NCBI GenBank assembly: GCA_044892525.1
Contig: CM097885.1
Span: 23,562,001-23,622,000, forward strand
Direction of reading: 5' to 3'
Source of the DNA: Schmidtea polychroa
Taxonomy: Eukaryota
DNA length: 60,000 nt
Shown here: positions 1 to 13,804 of the stretch, one piece after another
How the letters are laid out: every line of letters starts with the position of its first letter
Numbering within the stretch: position 1 is the first letter of the stretch
Program-made: the position numbers and the translations under genes
The notes under the pieces: model-generated
The model's input: the letters and a program-made list of their open reading frames with translations, nothing else
Databases searched by the model: none
Told to the model about the DNA's origin: nothing

Positions 1-140
1 TTTCAAAAATTATTTCAATTTATTTTTCGTAAAACACTCTCAACTTTTGCAATATGATAATTTCTTTATTTGAATGTTATCAGTTTAAACAATTTAATTT
101 TATACAATGGAACATGTTTAGCAATTCTAGATAGGCATAA

Positions 141-788
141 TGTCACGGGCTACCGTAGGACAAGACGTAACTCTTTTACGTTTGTTATTCATAGAAAAAG
201 AAAAGCAAAAATGTCGAATGGAGAAATTTTTATACTTTTAGTGAATAAAGATAAACAAGTTTTTTCTTAGCAAAGTTAGAATTTAGAGACAAATTACAGT
301 TTTTGTTTATAATTTGCAATGTCTAAAACAAAGAAAGAATTTCAATGGTATATCCTAAGAAATCCTTGCAGATTATTAAAAAGCGATGAAGGATAAATGA
401 ATAAATGACGTATGATTCTAGGGTGATTGCATAAATATTCTAATATTACTATTCAGGCCACTTAGTGGTTATTTTATTCTATTAAGCTCGTGGTAGTAAT
501 TTCATGGTATACAATTCGATCAATAATCGAAACATTAAATATATTTATAATATTCATGGGTTGGGATAGGGTAACATGCAGAAGGACATATATAACAGTT
601 CACATCCGATAATAGTTAAAGTGGCAATGGACGTGGATAACTATGACATTCTGAAAGAATAGTTTCTATGCATATATTGTGGTCACGTAAGGGTCAGTTT
701 AGCAACTAAACATACAGAGATTATTTCTTACACGATGCTTTATAATTATTACATAACACTAGAAGAGTATTAGCAAAGTACCGTGACA
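141..788. mobile_element. Possible solo LTR
   Basis: Starts TGTCACGG (141) and ends CCGTGACA (788): TG...CA with an 8-bp terminal inverted repeat. TATA-like TATATAA near 588. No target-site duplication is visible. Confidence 0.45.
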
Positions 789-1593
789 CGTCTAACTAAT
801 TATCGTCTCTCCCAATCATCCTTATGCTGAGTTGTCAAAGTACACTAATTCAGTGATTTCAAACTTCCAGTACTTTCTTCAACATTTTCATAACATATTG
901 TTGCGCCATATTTAAATTGATAAATATCGTTCTTATAAACTAATTTATTTAAAAGACTACAAAATACATATCTTATTTTGTACAAATGACGACTTTTCTT
1001 TCAAAAAAAACTTCGTTGAATCCTTCTTTCGGGACTGATTTGACTTTTAATTTGTTTGTATTCAAGAACAATAATTTGATGTAAGCTGCGCTTCCCTTAG
1101 GCAAAATGAAAATGTTTCCATCTAATTGACAATATGGTGTATACAAGACACTATCAAATTATATAACAAATAGGGATACCTGAAAAGGATACCCATAAAG
1201 GACTAAATTTATTGCATATATAAATCCCTATATGATAGTCATCTGTAATAAAATTTTAAAATAATTTTTGTTTTAATTTTCCTAGTTTATCGAAGTGGGA
1301 AGCGTTCGAAATACATAGGAGTGATTCACAAATCTAGAGACATAAGAAGTTGGGAGACTTTTTGATATTTCCTTTGAACAATATTTTTGAAGATTTTGTG
1401 TTGATGGGATTTGTTTGAATTTCAATAGATTTTGCTATTACTAAAACTTTTGAAATATTTTTCATTATTTTTATTTGAGTTTTTTTTCATTTTGAAGTTA
1501 TTATTATGATTTATGAAAATCTATTTATGTTATAGCTGTATGAGAAATATGGCAGAGTCCAGCCGAGTCACTTGTAAAAAGTAGTATCAAGAC

Positions 1594-1842
1594 CAGCCAT
1601 GGCCAACCGGTGGCCCGCGAAGCGTTTTGATGTGGCCGGGACACAATTTTAAACATCAAATCAATAATTGTCCTTTTTAGAATTCATATTCGAATTAAGC
1701 ATGTTTTTAATTTAAAAAATTGATTCTAAGTTTACTTGAATCGTAAAAACGAGTTATATTTATTTAAATGAATTTATTGTGGCCCGTGATAGTATTTTTC
1801 CGAAAATTTGGCCCTTCGATTGATTTTGGTTGGCCACCACTG
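1594..1842. mobile_element. hAT (Charlie/Buster-like) MITE, 249 bp
   Basis: TIRs CAGCCATGGCCAACC / GGTTGGCCACCACTG, subterminal TGGCCC motifs, 8-bp TSD ATCAAGAC (1586-1593) / ATCAAGAT (1843-1850). Confidence 0.85.
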
Positions 1843-2060
1843 ATCAAGATAATCTAGGAGCTCTCTATATCAGGGGGTCTATGAAATTATTTATGCAATT
1901 TTATAAATAAAAGAAATTGCTTACTACAAGTGTTGAGGTCTCAAAAGGTTGTATTATTGTATATTATAACATTGTTAATTTTAATTAGCTTATTATAATA
2001 TTTGTACTTTATTAATGAGTGGATTTTCACTTAAATTAATTAACAGTGACTTTCAATATA

Positions 2061-2190
2061 CTAGTAACCTTTCTAGTGACCTTTTTAGTGACCTTTCTAG
2101 TGACCTTTCTAGTGACCTTTCTAATGACCTTTCTAGTGACCTTTCTAGTGACCTTTCAAGCGACTTCTAGTGCCATCTCTAGTGACCTTT
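2061..2190. repeat. 12-bp minisatellite (CTAGTGACCTTT), about 10 degenerate copies
   Basis: Tandem array read directly. It explains the spurious (LVTF)n ORF 2046-2255. Confidence 0.9.
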
Positions 2191-5100
2191 CAGGAGGATT
2201 GGACTTTATTATATCATTGAGAATGACAGAAGAAATTATGCAGACAAACAGATGAAACTGGAAACTAATATAATTTAAAGGAAAGGTTTGGCTTCACATA
2301 TTTGAATATCACGAGTTCTTTAAAGTTAAGCCATCAACCGTAATCTTCAAACTTTCTTCAGCAATTCGATTGGTCAATGCAGCGCTTTATTTGGAAATTG
2401 CAGTTTCATTGGATGCAGTTGACTCAATTAGTCGAATAATTTGGTAATTGCGGACCTTACACTTTCACTAATTCTCTTTTCGCTTTCAATCTTCTTTTAT
2501 CATTTATATTAGTAATCACTTTTGTCTCTGATTCTATGTCGTTTTTCTGCAATCCAAATACATTCATGGTATCAACACCACCAAAAGACCTCGAAAAATA
2601 TCTCTAATAGTCAAGCATTTTATATTCCTCATCTTCCTGTTATAAACACTTCCGTACAACTTAGTAGTCTTTTATAAAAAGTCCTATATTTAATGTTGCA
2701 ACTGGTAAATTTAAATTCTTTTTGTTTTCTACTATTACAACTAGTCTTCACTCAAGGATCATATTCCGTTTGTGTTGCCAGATCTTTGTAATTTCCATTT
2801 TTTCGAAAAAAATTGGAAACGCGAAAAACTATTATAAAACAAAAATTGATGTGCTATAAAATAAAAATATACATAATGTAAAAAATTATATAAAATATAT
2901 TCAAAGTAGTACATAATAACAAATATTTGTATACAGAAACCTTTATTCCTTCACACAAAGGTCTTTAAAAATATCCTATGACTCTAAACCATCTGAGCAA
3001 TGCACAACTATGAATGAATCTGGTATGGATGATAAGGTTAAAGAAGTAATGAAGTTTGTCGTAAATTTTGATCTCTGGAAGCATATATTTTGAAGGAATG
3101 TCTTCGAAGGGTCAGACTGATCATGTTTTTATTATTAGAGCTGCTTCTATTAACCATCAAATTAATTTGTGTATATCACCAAAGTACAATACCATCCAGA
3201 TCAAATCCTATCTCCAATTTAATTTACATTTTAATTTTGGAATATCAGATTTTTATCCTTCTTCGATATTCTTTGGAGTACCTTCATCAAAAAACTCATA
3301 GATTATTTCGAACGTCATGTTATTCTTACACCTAGTCTCATGATATTTGTGAGCTGACGAAATTCAGTGCCACTTTAATAATATTAATTAAAAAAACATT
3401 AAAATGAAAACCGTCCATCACATAAAACATTTCATATTCTCATTGGAAAGTTAATTCCTCTTTAAATTTTATATTGGTGGCACGACACTAAATGTCCATG
3501 AAATCACAAATATTATGGGGTATAAATAAGGATTTTGTAACAGTCGTTACTTTACACTCAAGACTACCTAATGATCATAAGAGAAGGAGCAAAACCTGCA
3601 AAGAAAATCCCGGGAAAGAGATTTGAGAAAAGAAATAAGAAATTTTACCTACATATGACCTTCATAGCAACCGTTCATAACGACCCCTTCATAGCTAACT
3701 TTGTCAGGTCAATCAAAAAAATATTTATTTTAGAGCAAATAAAAATCAATAATTAAAAGATTTCCCCGAAAATGCTTTGTGCCATTAACATACTTTATAA
3801 AGATTGACATATCTTCACCCGAATTTCATTTGCTTAATAAAGGAATTGATAAATTCACTTGGACAATTTGCACTTAAAAATCATTAATTACACACATATA
3901 TATTGTGTCATACGATTGTCCTATGTCCAAAAACAGTATTTATAAGAATATAGTTAGGAAGATGGGGGGTATTACGCCAGGTGTATAATATCAACCTACT
4001 ATGGATGTCTGTGGAATAACCATAAGTACAAAAAACCATTATCATTTATACTAATAATTATAAGTATTTAATATTGTTATATCGATTAAAACAATGAAAT
4101 TAATAAAAATATTTAATTTACAAATTTCTCATTTAAAACCATTTTATAATATGGGTCGTTTAGTGATTGTTTCATTTATTATAGTATTTTAACCAATCAC
4201 ATTCGAGCTACAGTCTATAATAAATTTTTATTCCATAATTATTCCAGTAATCATAGCAAAAGTGAGTTTTAATCGTATTCATTATCTAATAATTTCTTTA
4301 AGTAATTTTAAGGTTCTAATTTCTATAATAATACTTTTTGTTTTAATTATGTAATATTTCTCAATATTATTTAATATTATTTAATTAACTAATAAAATAA
4401 TTCAGCGAAATTAATTGTCTTTGAAATGATGCTTTGTTTTTGAAATGTTTGTTAAGTTGGTTTATTTTTCAATGAATTTCTTAAATTTGGATATTATTTA
4501 TAAATTTATAAGTAGTGTACTTTCTTGACAAATAAAACAAACAAATCAAAGGATGAAATGTTTAAACAAAAGTACCGAAATTCCCAATACGTCAATAAAA
4601 TTTGTTTTTCTCTGATTTTGAAGTCGATTCTTTTAATAATTGTAATAAAATTAATGTTTTTCATAAAAAAATTATTATAAATTTAAATTCAATACTTTTA
4701 TAAATAAAAATAAAAAAATAAAAATTATTAATAATATATTATCTAAACAAAGTATCTTAGTAAATTATCCCAAAAATGGAAAAATTTTTATTTTTTACAG
4801 TGAAATAACAGTTAATTTAGTTACCAATAATTAGATAATTCTATGAGCTCCAAATATCCCAATTGTATTCAGAGAAGGCAGATAAATTTCTGATGAAAAA
4901 AACAAAGGAGAAAAATTATTGTTATTCCAACAAAATCAATTTCCCTTTATTTGTTTATATTTCGCAAACCCATTTTCAATTCATGTATTTATACACTATT
5001 GTGTTTTCCCCTATTATTTATTTTGCTCATTCTCGTTTTGGGAAATGCCATTTAGCATGTTCATTATTTCGGATTTCTGGATTTTGTTTTATCCTAGTCA

Positions 5101-7511
5101 TCGCTATAGAATGATGGGAATTGTTTTTGTATTTTTTACATTTTGTTTATTCCGATGCTACAATGAACAATAATGACGAGATTAGTAATAGAATTTATGC
5201 GGTAATAAAATATGTTAAAAGTAAAATAGATTAAACTCCCAGTGGGGCGGGAATACAAATTGTAGAGAAAGTCGACAACAAATATCGAATCTCATATTGC
5301 AGAAAATGTTAGAATTAATTCACAGAATATTACACAGGATGAAGCGTTAACTTTTCATAGAAAATCAATATTTCTATAAGCACATTTGAAAAATTGATAA
5401 AAAATAATTAAAAGTATTTCAATATTATAATCTTTAGTAGACAATTTCCCATATCCATTTTCAAACTTCATTTGAATTATAGTTAATTGCGGAAAAAATT
5501 GGAAAAAAATAGTATTTGATTGTAATATTGAAAGAGTATACCCGAGGAATGAATAAGAACATTCTCTACAATCCTTTGAAAATAAAAAAATGTACCGACG
5601 AATAATTATAATAATTAAAATTTCCTGTTAATGATTATTTTGTGAAATTTTTATATAGTGCTCAATATTAAACTGTATTTATTTTAAAATGTTACTATTA
5701 ACATTAAATAAATCTGACAGTATAATTATCAATTCCAAATTCAATCTGCTATAAATCGAAACTATATATTGAAAAAAACATTCAAATTTATCCATATTCA
5801 TCAAACTTACAAATGAACACACAAAATGTTGTGTGTGTGTATAACGGACAATTTGCGTGCTTATAGCAGATTCAGTTTGTAAATGGTTTACTATTTCATA
5901 GGATATTACGCTGCAATATTAGAGGCTAAATAAAAAAATTTACAAACGTTTATTTCAAGAAAATTAATCTTCAAAATAAATATCTAATTAAATCAGTATT
6001 TAATTTTAATATTTTTTTTACATTCCGTTGAAATAAAATGATTATCTAAAAATCATTTCATTTCTTATGAAATGTAATCAAACGAAATAGATGATTTTAA
6101 GAAGTCACATTGTCTGTAAATTAAACTGAATAAAGCTAAACCTTTTAGCCAAACTTAAGTAATATTTTATGATTCTAATCGCTGAACTTTTGTAAATATT
6201 TTCAGTACATTTTTGTTATATTTACAGTAAATATTTTCTGTCCCGGTTAAATTCGTAATTAATACAATATCTTATTTTATTTTATCCTTTAAGTGTTTGA
6301 AAAAGGCTGTACCAGAGACTTGTGTTAAATATGAAAAAAAATTGATTTATAGAATTGATTTATGAGATACAATCAAGTCAGACAACTAAGGGCTTTTTCT
6401 TTTACCCTAATCTTTAAAAAAGAAATGATTTTGAAATTTTACATATATATTAAAAATGATTAAACGTGTTTTTTATTGAGACCACAATATCTCCCACTAA
6501 AATACCCATGTTCTAAGCGGGGGGTACGCAAAAGCTCATACTGCTGCAATAATGACTACCTATTACTATGGGACTATTAATATAGTAAATATAGCATATC
6601 TCATAATTACTAATTTTATTTATTTGCAAAGAGTTATTCTTATTATCATAAATTTAGTTCTACTTTTTTATTGCATTAAAAACTGAAATTAAATGAATGA
6701 TGTAAAAAATAAAATTAAAAAATATTATCATATGAAGTAAAATAACAAAATCTAAAATAATAAAAAAAATCATTAATTAATAATTTATATTTAGTAATAA
6801 TTTAATAAATATTTAATTAAAAAGTAATAAAATCTCAAAATTGTTATCCATATTTTTAAGAAAAACTTCAATTACTAAAACAAATTATCAGTCAAAAACA
6901 ATCTATTTAAACTAATTCAATTTCAAAGTTTAATTTCAATTAAATGATTAAAGATTCGAAAATATTTATTTCCAAATAGAAATAATAAATTACTTATTAA
7001 ATAAATATTTTTTAATTTTTATTATTTTGTTTCAATTTTAATAAAAGAAAAACTAACAATCAAAATATTACATTTTTTTCTTTGTTTACCTTTGATTTGT
7101 TTTTATTTTTATTAACATTCATCATTATAGATCAATTTGTGTTTTATAGGAAAAAAGGGATCTGTAAATAAATTAATTGCCGAATCAACGAATAATATTA
7201 AAAAGGAAAATCAGAAATCTTTGTAAAAATCTATCAGGAAATTAATCAAATTATAAACATCTGTCGAAATTAATTTTAAACGGCTTAGAAGATTTAGGAA
7301 CCGTTTCTTGATTCTTTATATAAATTTTTATTTAATAATTAATGATTAATTATTTTCTGAATTCTCTCTGATCACATTCTTTATTGAATAAATTCTAAAA
7401 TATTCTAATTTAGATAAATTGATAAAAAATTATATAAAAAATTATATAAATAATTATAATAATATTATTAATAATAATAATAGAAATATAAAAAATAAAA
7501 AATATTATTAC

Positions 7512-7569
<58 letters not shown>

Positions 7570-7691
7570 TATAGATCAAATATACTTTTGAAAGATCATT
7601 AAGAATAAAAATCAAAATAGAAACATTTTTAAAAATATTTGAATTGAGTATAAAAATAGTTATTTGAAACTATATTTTATTAATATTTTAA

Positions 7692-7930
7692 CACTCTCAG
7701 TGCCATGCCAGTCATTTTTGACTGACAGTGCTTTGCAGTGACAGCAAAGAAAGAGAAAATACGGAAATATTTTAGTCTACTGTGATTTTCATAATAGGTA
7801 AGATCATTTGCATAAGGTCGATAAGGTCGATTTGTCTGACAGAGACTTTTTTTAAAATAAACTTGTCAGGTCAATAAGTCTGACAATAACATGTTAAAAA
7901 AGGCCTGTTTTTTCTGTGGCACTGAGAGTG
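7692..7930. mobile_element. piggyBac-type MITE, 239 bp
   Basis: Perfect 14-bp TIR CACTCTCAGTGCCA / TGGCACTGAGAGTG, flanked by TTAA on both sides (7688-7691, 7931-7934). Confidence 0.9.
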
Positions 7931-8031
7931 TTAAGATATTATGTATTAAAATAGGTTTCTATGAGCAAATTATAGAATCTTTAAAAATTTAAAAATTCTT
8001 TTAGTGTTTCGTTTTCAATTTTAGAGAATAT

Positions 8032-8091
<60 letters not shown>

Positions 8092-10077
8092 TAAATTTTC
8101 TAATTATTTGAAAACCAAAAAGTAAAATAAAATGAAATATTTGGTCCACTAACAAAAACATTAATATATTATGAAATATTTTTAATAAAAATTTCAAAGA
8201 TATTCTATTACAAAATTTTTTTCTAAAACTAATAACAATCTGGGAATTTCTTTCTCACCGAATTTCATTATATCTAATGAATATGGGATATTTTTAATTA
8301 TCATAATTTTCGTAGTATACGACAGAATTATCTATAGTGATTGTTTCAGTCTCATTAATATTTACATGAAATCTCATAATTAATGCATTACGACAAGCCC
8401 GTGAAAGAATATCCTTCAACTATCTCTTTTAATATCCCTTATTGACGTTAACATTTCTTTACCTGTTAAATTAAATTCCCATTCAACATCAATCTTGACT
8501 GTTCAATTATTTTATTTTCCCTCTCGCATTTCTACATTTTATTATTATCTCTAATACTGTTATTGTTATTGTATTTCTTTGTAATTATTCAATTCATACG
8601 AATGATTACAAATTTCATTATAGCTAATACTTTATTAATCAAATTATTATCATTTTATTTATATAAATTTTAACTGGTTTAAAATGATAGATTAAAATAT
8701 GATAGATTAAAACAATGTATTATTTTTAAATTTTATTTTTAATTGCGACGTACAATAATATTGAGGATTTTTAATAACATCAATGAAATTTTAAATCCGA
8801 TTTTGTTTCTTTTTAGCAATTGAAAGTTTTATGAACGTTATTAGCAATTCAGATGTTGAAAATTAATTAATTAAATGTAAAAATATTTATCAATACTGCA
8901 ATACTTCCCTTAAACTATGACATCGTTGAGGTAAATTTTTAAGTGCTGTGAATTTCTGAACCGTGACTGGGCAACATAAATTTTAATTATAATGAATCTG
9001 ATTAAATGATGGGAAATTAACGACGTTTCAGGGGAAAGGAACATTTAGGTTATTCTTTATCCAAGCAATAACTATTGCTACATTCCAAAATTACTTCTGT
9101 AGTTTTGAATTTATTGCTTGTAAATTTCAAAACTATATAAGTTTTATTACAATGTCCTTGTTTTGGGTTTATGTGTTTGGAGAAGCATTACAATAACGCA
9201 AACTTTCAATAAAATTATATGCGAAGGCATTTCTAAACGTTTTGTTAATGAAGAAACTTTGATGGCTAATTTGCCCTTGGTAACTCCAAAAATTCACAAT
9301 AAAAGAATTCTGTTATTTTCAATAATAGGAGTTTAAAAGTCTAAAACGTTTGAATGTTATGTTTTCATGAAGTCCACAAGGAATTAGTTAAATAAAGCTT
9401 AACTTAATTAATTAACTAATTTAAATATTATATATTAATTAATTTAGAATTAGTATAATCATAATATAATTATATAATTTAAATTAACAGAATGATTGTA
9501 GAATGATGTTTTCTTGCTCAAGATATTGTTGACGTAAAATAATCCCCTTGTTTGAGTATGGTGAGTAACAATAAATTTTTGAATATTGAATTTTTAGTTA
9601 ATTTAAATGGATACCATCAATACTCGGTTCACGCAGTCTACCAAAGCCTTTTGATAATTTCTAGATTTCAAACACAAGGAGAATCTATCTGATATTTTAT
9701 GAATAAGAAGTTTTTAAAATAATAAAAAATCCCTAAACACACAATAACAAAAGAAAAAAAACATTTAACGCTAACTATGGCTTTCTTTGCGCTAGGAATA
9801 TGCCACTCATTTTATATGCAAAGTCAATTTTGTAAACAGTCTGGTTCTACGATCTGCCTACTTTCTCAATGTTATTTGAACAAATAGATTTATTTACTTG
9901 CAAACACTTCGAAAAGAATTTGTTGCAACTATCTTATTAAAGTAATTGAATAAATATTTATTTTTGTAAAAGTCTCGCGCATAAGATATAATTGAATGGA
10001 ATAAAGTTGAAATAAAAAAGTTATGTTGTCGATTATAAGTAAAAGTTATTGTAAAATTTTAAATGTTCTATATGTCG

Positions 10078-10601
10078 ATTGATACTTTTGAAAGTTGCAG
10101 AAAGACGGTTTCTCAGCTCAAAGAATTATGAATAAATCTTATTGACACATGCATATATTTTCTCATTTATTTGGTTTTGTTTATTAATACAAACAGAATT
10201 AACTTCATTTTCTGTAGTTTTAATTTTCTGTAGAAAATATTTATTTTTCATTTGTTTAACATACCATATTTGACATAGGTTCTCTAAACATTTTACATAA
10301 AATTTAATTTTATAAACAGAAAAATCTTTTCGTGGTGTCTTAAATTTGCATGTTTAATTGAGGTTTTGTCTAAAAATTTAACATGAATTTCAAAAAAAAG
10401 TTACTGTGGGGAAAACGTTTTGGAAATCTTTTATTCTATTCGAACATTTTTATTAAACAATATTGGATAAGAAATTTACATTATCTATAACTACAAAACA
10501 CACTCAAGTTGGCATCTAGAGCTTATCAGTATTTTCAATCCTCTATATTGTCTCCTTTCATTAACAAGGTCACACTAATTTAAATCATTTTTTAATTATT
10601 A
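10078..10601 (+). repeat. Left copy of a ~520-bp inverted repeat pair
   Basis: Reverse complement of 17782-18305, roughly 95% identical by eye. Confidence 0.9.
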
Positions 10602-12485
10602 TTCTTTTTTTAATCCATTATTTAGTCCTAGACTGTATTTTATTAAAAATATTTTTATAACGAAACCAAAACTACAACTGAAAGTCTATTAGAAAAATGT
10701 TATGATTATTACAATTATATTATTAGAATCATACATAATTATATTAATTATATTAATTAATTAATCACTTTTAATTACAATAATTAATTAAATAATTTTC
10801 GATAACATTTTATTTTCATATAAAAATAGAAATAATAAATGAAATTACTCGAAAATCTAATTTAGTAACTTTTTTCCCCAGTAACGCTTTTTGTATTAAT
10901 AGAATAATTCTGACGTGGTCTTTCGAATAAAAAAGACTTCAAATAAAGAAATAATATCATTAAAGCCTGTGATGAAATACCAATTCAAATTTGTTTCCAG
11001 CATCATAATAACTGGGTAAGAGTCCCATAGAAATCAAAACGACTTAATCTAACTTAATCTAGAAATTGTTTCCTCAAAACTGGGATATTATTATGGGAGA
11101 CCCATTGGAAATGCAAATAGAATCATGAAATTATCGGGCTCCCGTTCAATTATGCCACACTCGAAAAGATAATTGAATTTTTGAAGTTTTCTTTCACCAA
11201 AAAATTCCAACTGTAGTAATTTTTTATGCTGACAAATCATCCGTGAAATTCAATTCGAATCATTCAAACTTATTTATTTATTTGTTTTAATGTTTCCTGG
11301 ATATTTTTTAAAAATATTTTTTTCTCAATTTTGATTATTTTATGAAAATTCCAATTTATTCCGGATATTTGATTTGCATTCTATTTTCGTTTTAATGACG
11401 TTGTAAAAAATTAAGCAACATAGGAGTTCAAAATGGAAATTAGAAATAGGTTTCAATGAATAAAATGATATATTCAAGGGTTTCCAAACCTTTGGCTAAT
11501 GGAAAACCTTTGTGACACACCCAACTAAAAAAGAAGGTGCCAAAGGGCACATAAAAATATTAAATTATTCTCTTCTGTTTTCTATTTAAAATATTTAATT
11601 TAGAATCACAAAACGATCAGAATAAGCTCAAAGTAAAAATAGTCGTTTACATGAAAATATCCAAAATCTCCATTACGTATTTCTTGGTGTTTAGAATTCT
11701 AGGGTGTTCGCAATCTGATGGTGCATCATATGCCTACTATAAAATTGTCTGTTAATTAATGATTATTCTCATTTTATGTATGCGACCGGCATTTTTCCTT
11801 ACACCGAGACCATAATTACATCTATAAAATATAGATAATGGAGATTGTTTTTTACATTCTTTCATTTTCCCCAGCACATTGAGGCGAGCTCATTTCTGAC
11901 TTCTATACAATATTAATGTCATAAATTTGCTAGAAAAATAGAACAAGATTACGTAGCGCCAATGAATAAAAAAACAAAAAAAATCCACCTCATTGTCAAT
12001 TATGAAGCCGAAGTAATTGTACCCCCCCCCCCCCAATGAGTTGTTCCAATTGTAATAAATTTATTTGTCAAAATCACTATTGTCTAATTGTGTCAATCAA
12101 GGGCAAAATGTCAAAATACTTCCTATTTGGATTTTCAATTGACAAATTTTCATTTTTTTCCAGATATTTAATTGTTTTAATTTCTCATACTTGTGAATGT
12201 TTCAAATGCGTAAAATATAACAAAAACTAAAAATATGAGAAATTAAAAAAAATTCCATTTGTTATAAATAAATAATAATTGAAATTTTAAAAGTTTAACA
12301 GAAAATATTTGAAGAATAATTTATATAAAAAAAATTTTTACTAATTATTACAATTGCGTATAATTAGTTGTAACTTTAATTACAGCTCTGTTAGATGATG
12401 TCAAAATTATATTTTCTTACATTTGATTGAGTATTGAAGATTAATGAAATCGGAACTTAGATGACCTAAAATATCTGGGCTTGAC

Positions 12486-12489
12486 TATA

Positions 12490-12565
<76 letters not shown>
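12486..12565. repeat. (TA)n microsatellite
   Basis: Read directly. Other (TA)n runs lie at 13461-13538, ~30258-30281 and 38047-38088. Confidence 0.95.
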
Positions 12566-12568
<3 letters not shown>

Positions 12569-12643
12569 TCGAAAAAGACAGTGCCGAAAATTCGTGAATA
12601 TCCAAAAAACATCGATATCTTCACTGATTCATAATCAAACTTT
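12566..12643 (+). repeat. ~80-bp dispersed repeat abutting (TA)n, possibly a Penelope-like terminus
   Basis: Its reverse complement matches 30282-30360 and partly 27176-27220. It carries CTCGAAAAA-GAC-AGT-GCC-GAAA. Confidence 0.65.
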
Positions 12644-12759
12644 TTAATAAATAAAATGTCAAATGAAAAAAATATATAGCTATGACGTCAGTGTTGCAAT
12701 CAATTAAATAAATTATAAATTAGAATAACAAAATAGATAACAAGAATATTTAATGCTAA

Positions 12760-13280
12760 TATTCGATAATTTTCCGATCCACTGACTTATTTAGATACCT
12801 CAACATATTTTGATAATAGCCATCACAATCTGTGGATGTAATCTCACCAAATGCCATGGTGATCCTATCCTTCAATTGCCATTCATTTACGCATCGATGC
12901 CCCTTAACAATATTTTTCCATTTACTAAAGCAATTCTTAATGGGATTAAGAAATGGACAGTATGGTTGTAGGTATAAAGTCGAAAGACCCTCAAAATTTG
13001 AGTTCCAATTATGATTCCAATTATTATTCCATCTTTATTATGGGAGAAAAAATACCTAGCATTCCGCATTTGTTTCTTAGTTCTGTTAGACAAACTTGAA
13101 AGTTTCGCTTTAACAGCACGACTGCAACAATAGATATGTTTTAGCTTTTTGTGTGTGGAATAGTTGTAATTGCGCGCGTACCAAATTGCGATGTTCCTCT
13201 TTTCCGCCTTGTTGATACTTTGAATCCAACCTAGTCCAAAGTTTAAAACGATTCGATTAGAAATTTTTTGTTCCAACTGA
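12760..13280 (-). pseudogene. Decayed IS630/Tc1-mariner DDE transposase, catalytic domain
   Basis: Minus-strand translation across frameshifts and stops: LD*VGFKVSTRRKRG..FGTRA...KS*NISIVA, then LTELRNKCGMLGIFSPIIKME, then YLQPYCPFLNPIKNCFSKWKNIVKGH...AFGEITSTDCDGYYQNMLRYL. These match the DE-GF, I-MDN and YLPPYSPxLNPIE motifs. Confidence 0.85.
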
Positions 13281-13456
13281 CGGAATCCTTGTAACGCAAT
13301 CGTAACGCAATCGTACGCTCAGTATTGCGAGAAACGGGACGGGGAGCACAGTTTTGATTGTATTCGTCTATTTTGAAACGTTTAATTAAAAACTGTAATT
13401 ATCGTTATTAACATCTCTACATAATTCATTCCAGCAGAATCCTTTCCCTTTGTATC

Positions 13457-13542
<86 letters not shown>

Positions 13543-13546
13543 CAAA

Positions 13547-13586
13547 TAGTAGACTAGTTTCGAGCTATTGGCTCTCATCAGTACTA
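13547..13586 (-). ncRNA. Minimal type I hammerhead ribozyme (Penelope-like class), copy 1
   Basis: Minus strand reads UAGUA-CUGAUGA-GAGC caaua GCUC-GAAA-CUAG-UC-UACUA: full core, 4-bp stem II, palindromic minimal stem III, GUC site and 5-6-bp stem I. Confidence 0.85.
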
Positions 13587-13764
13587 TGCAAGAGACGCAA
13601 AGATTTCCATAAGTTTCTGTGTATAGACGGTGTCTGCAGAGGTAAATATGATTTTTCATACGCCATGTTTACAAGTTTGCAGATATTTTTTATGTGATTT
13701 AGCTAATTTGCAAGTGATGTAATTTCGAGTGTAGCAGGTAAAGTAAATCTTCGCGTCTCCTGCA

Positions 13765-13804
13765 TAGTACTGATGAGAGCCAATAGCTCGAAACTAGTCT
13801 ACTA
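13765..13804 (+). ncRNA. Minimal type I hammerhead ribozyme (Penelope-like class), copy 2
   Basis: TAGTA (13765) CTGATGA (13770-13776) GAGC-CAATA-GCTC GAAA (13790-13793) CTAG TC TACTA. Cleavage is predicted after the GUC at 13799. Confidence 0.85.

Noticed and set aside
2046..2255. (LVTF)n ORF, or a CRISPR-like array
   Set aside because: A 12-bp tandem minisatellite with no spacers, in eukaryotic context.
2230..3400. Coding-like decayed stretch with a minus-strand GGVD, suggesting piggyBac
   Set aside because: Flanking residues do not fit the piggyBac motif and many stops are present, so it cannot be assigned.
12887..13276. 129-aa minus-strand ORF as a real gene
   Set aside because: It is an off-frame reading of the decayed Tc1-like transposase.
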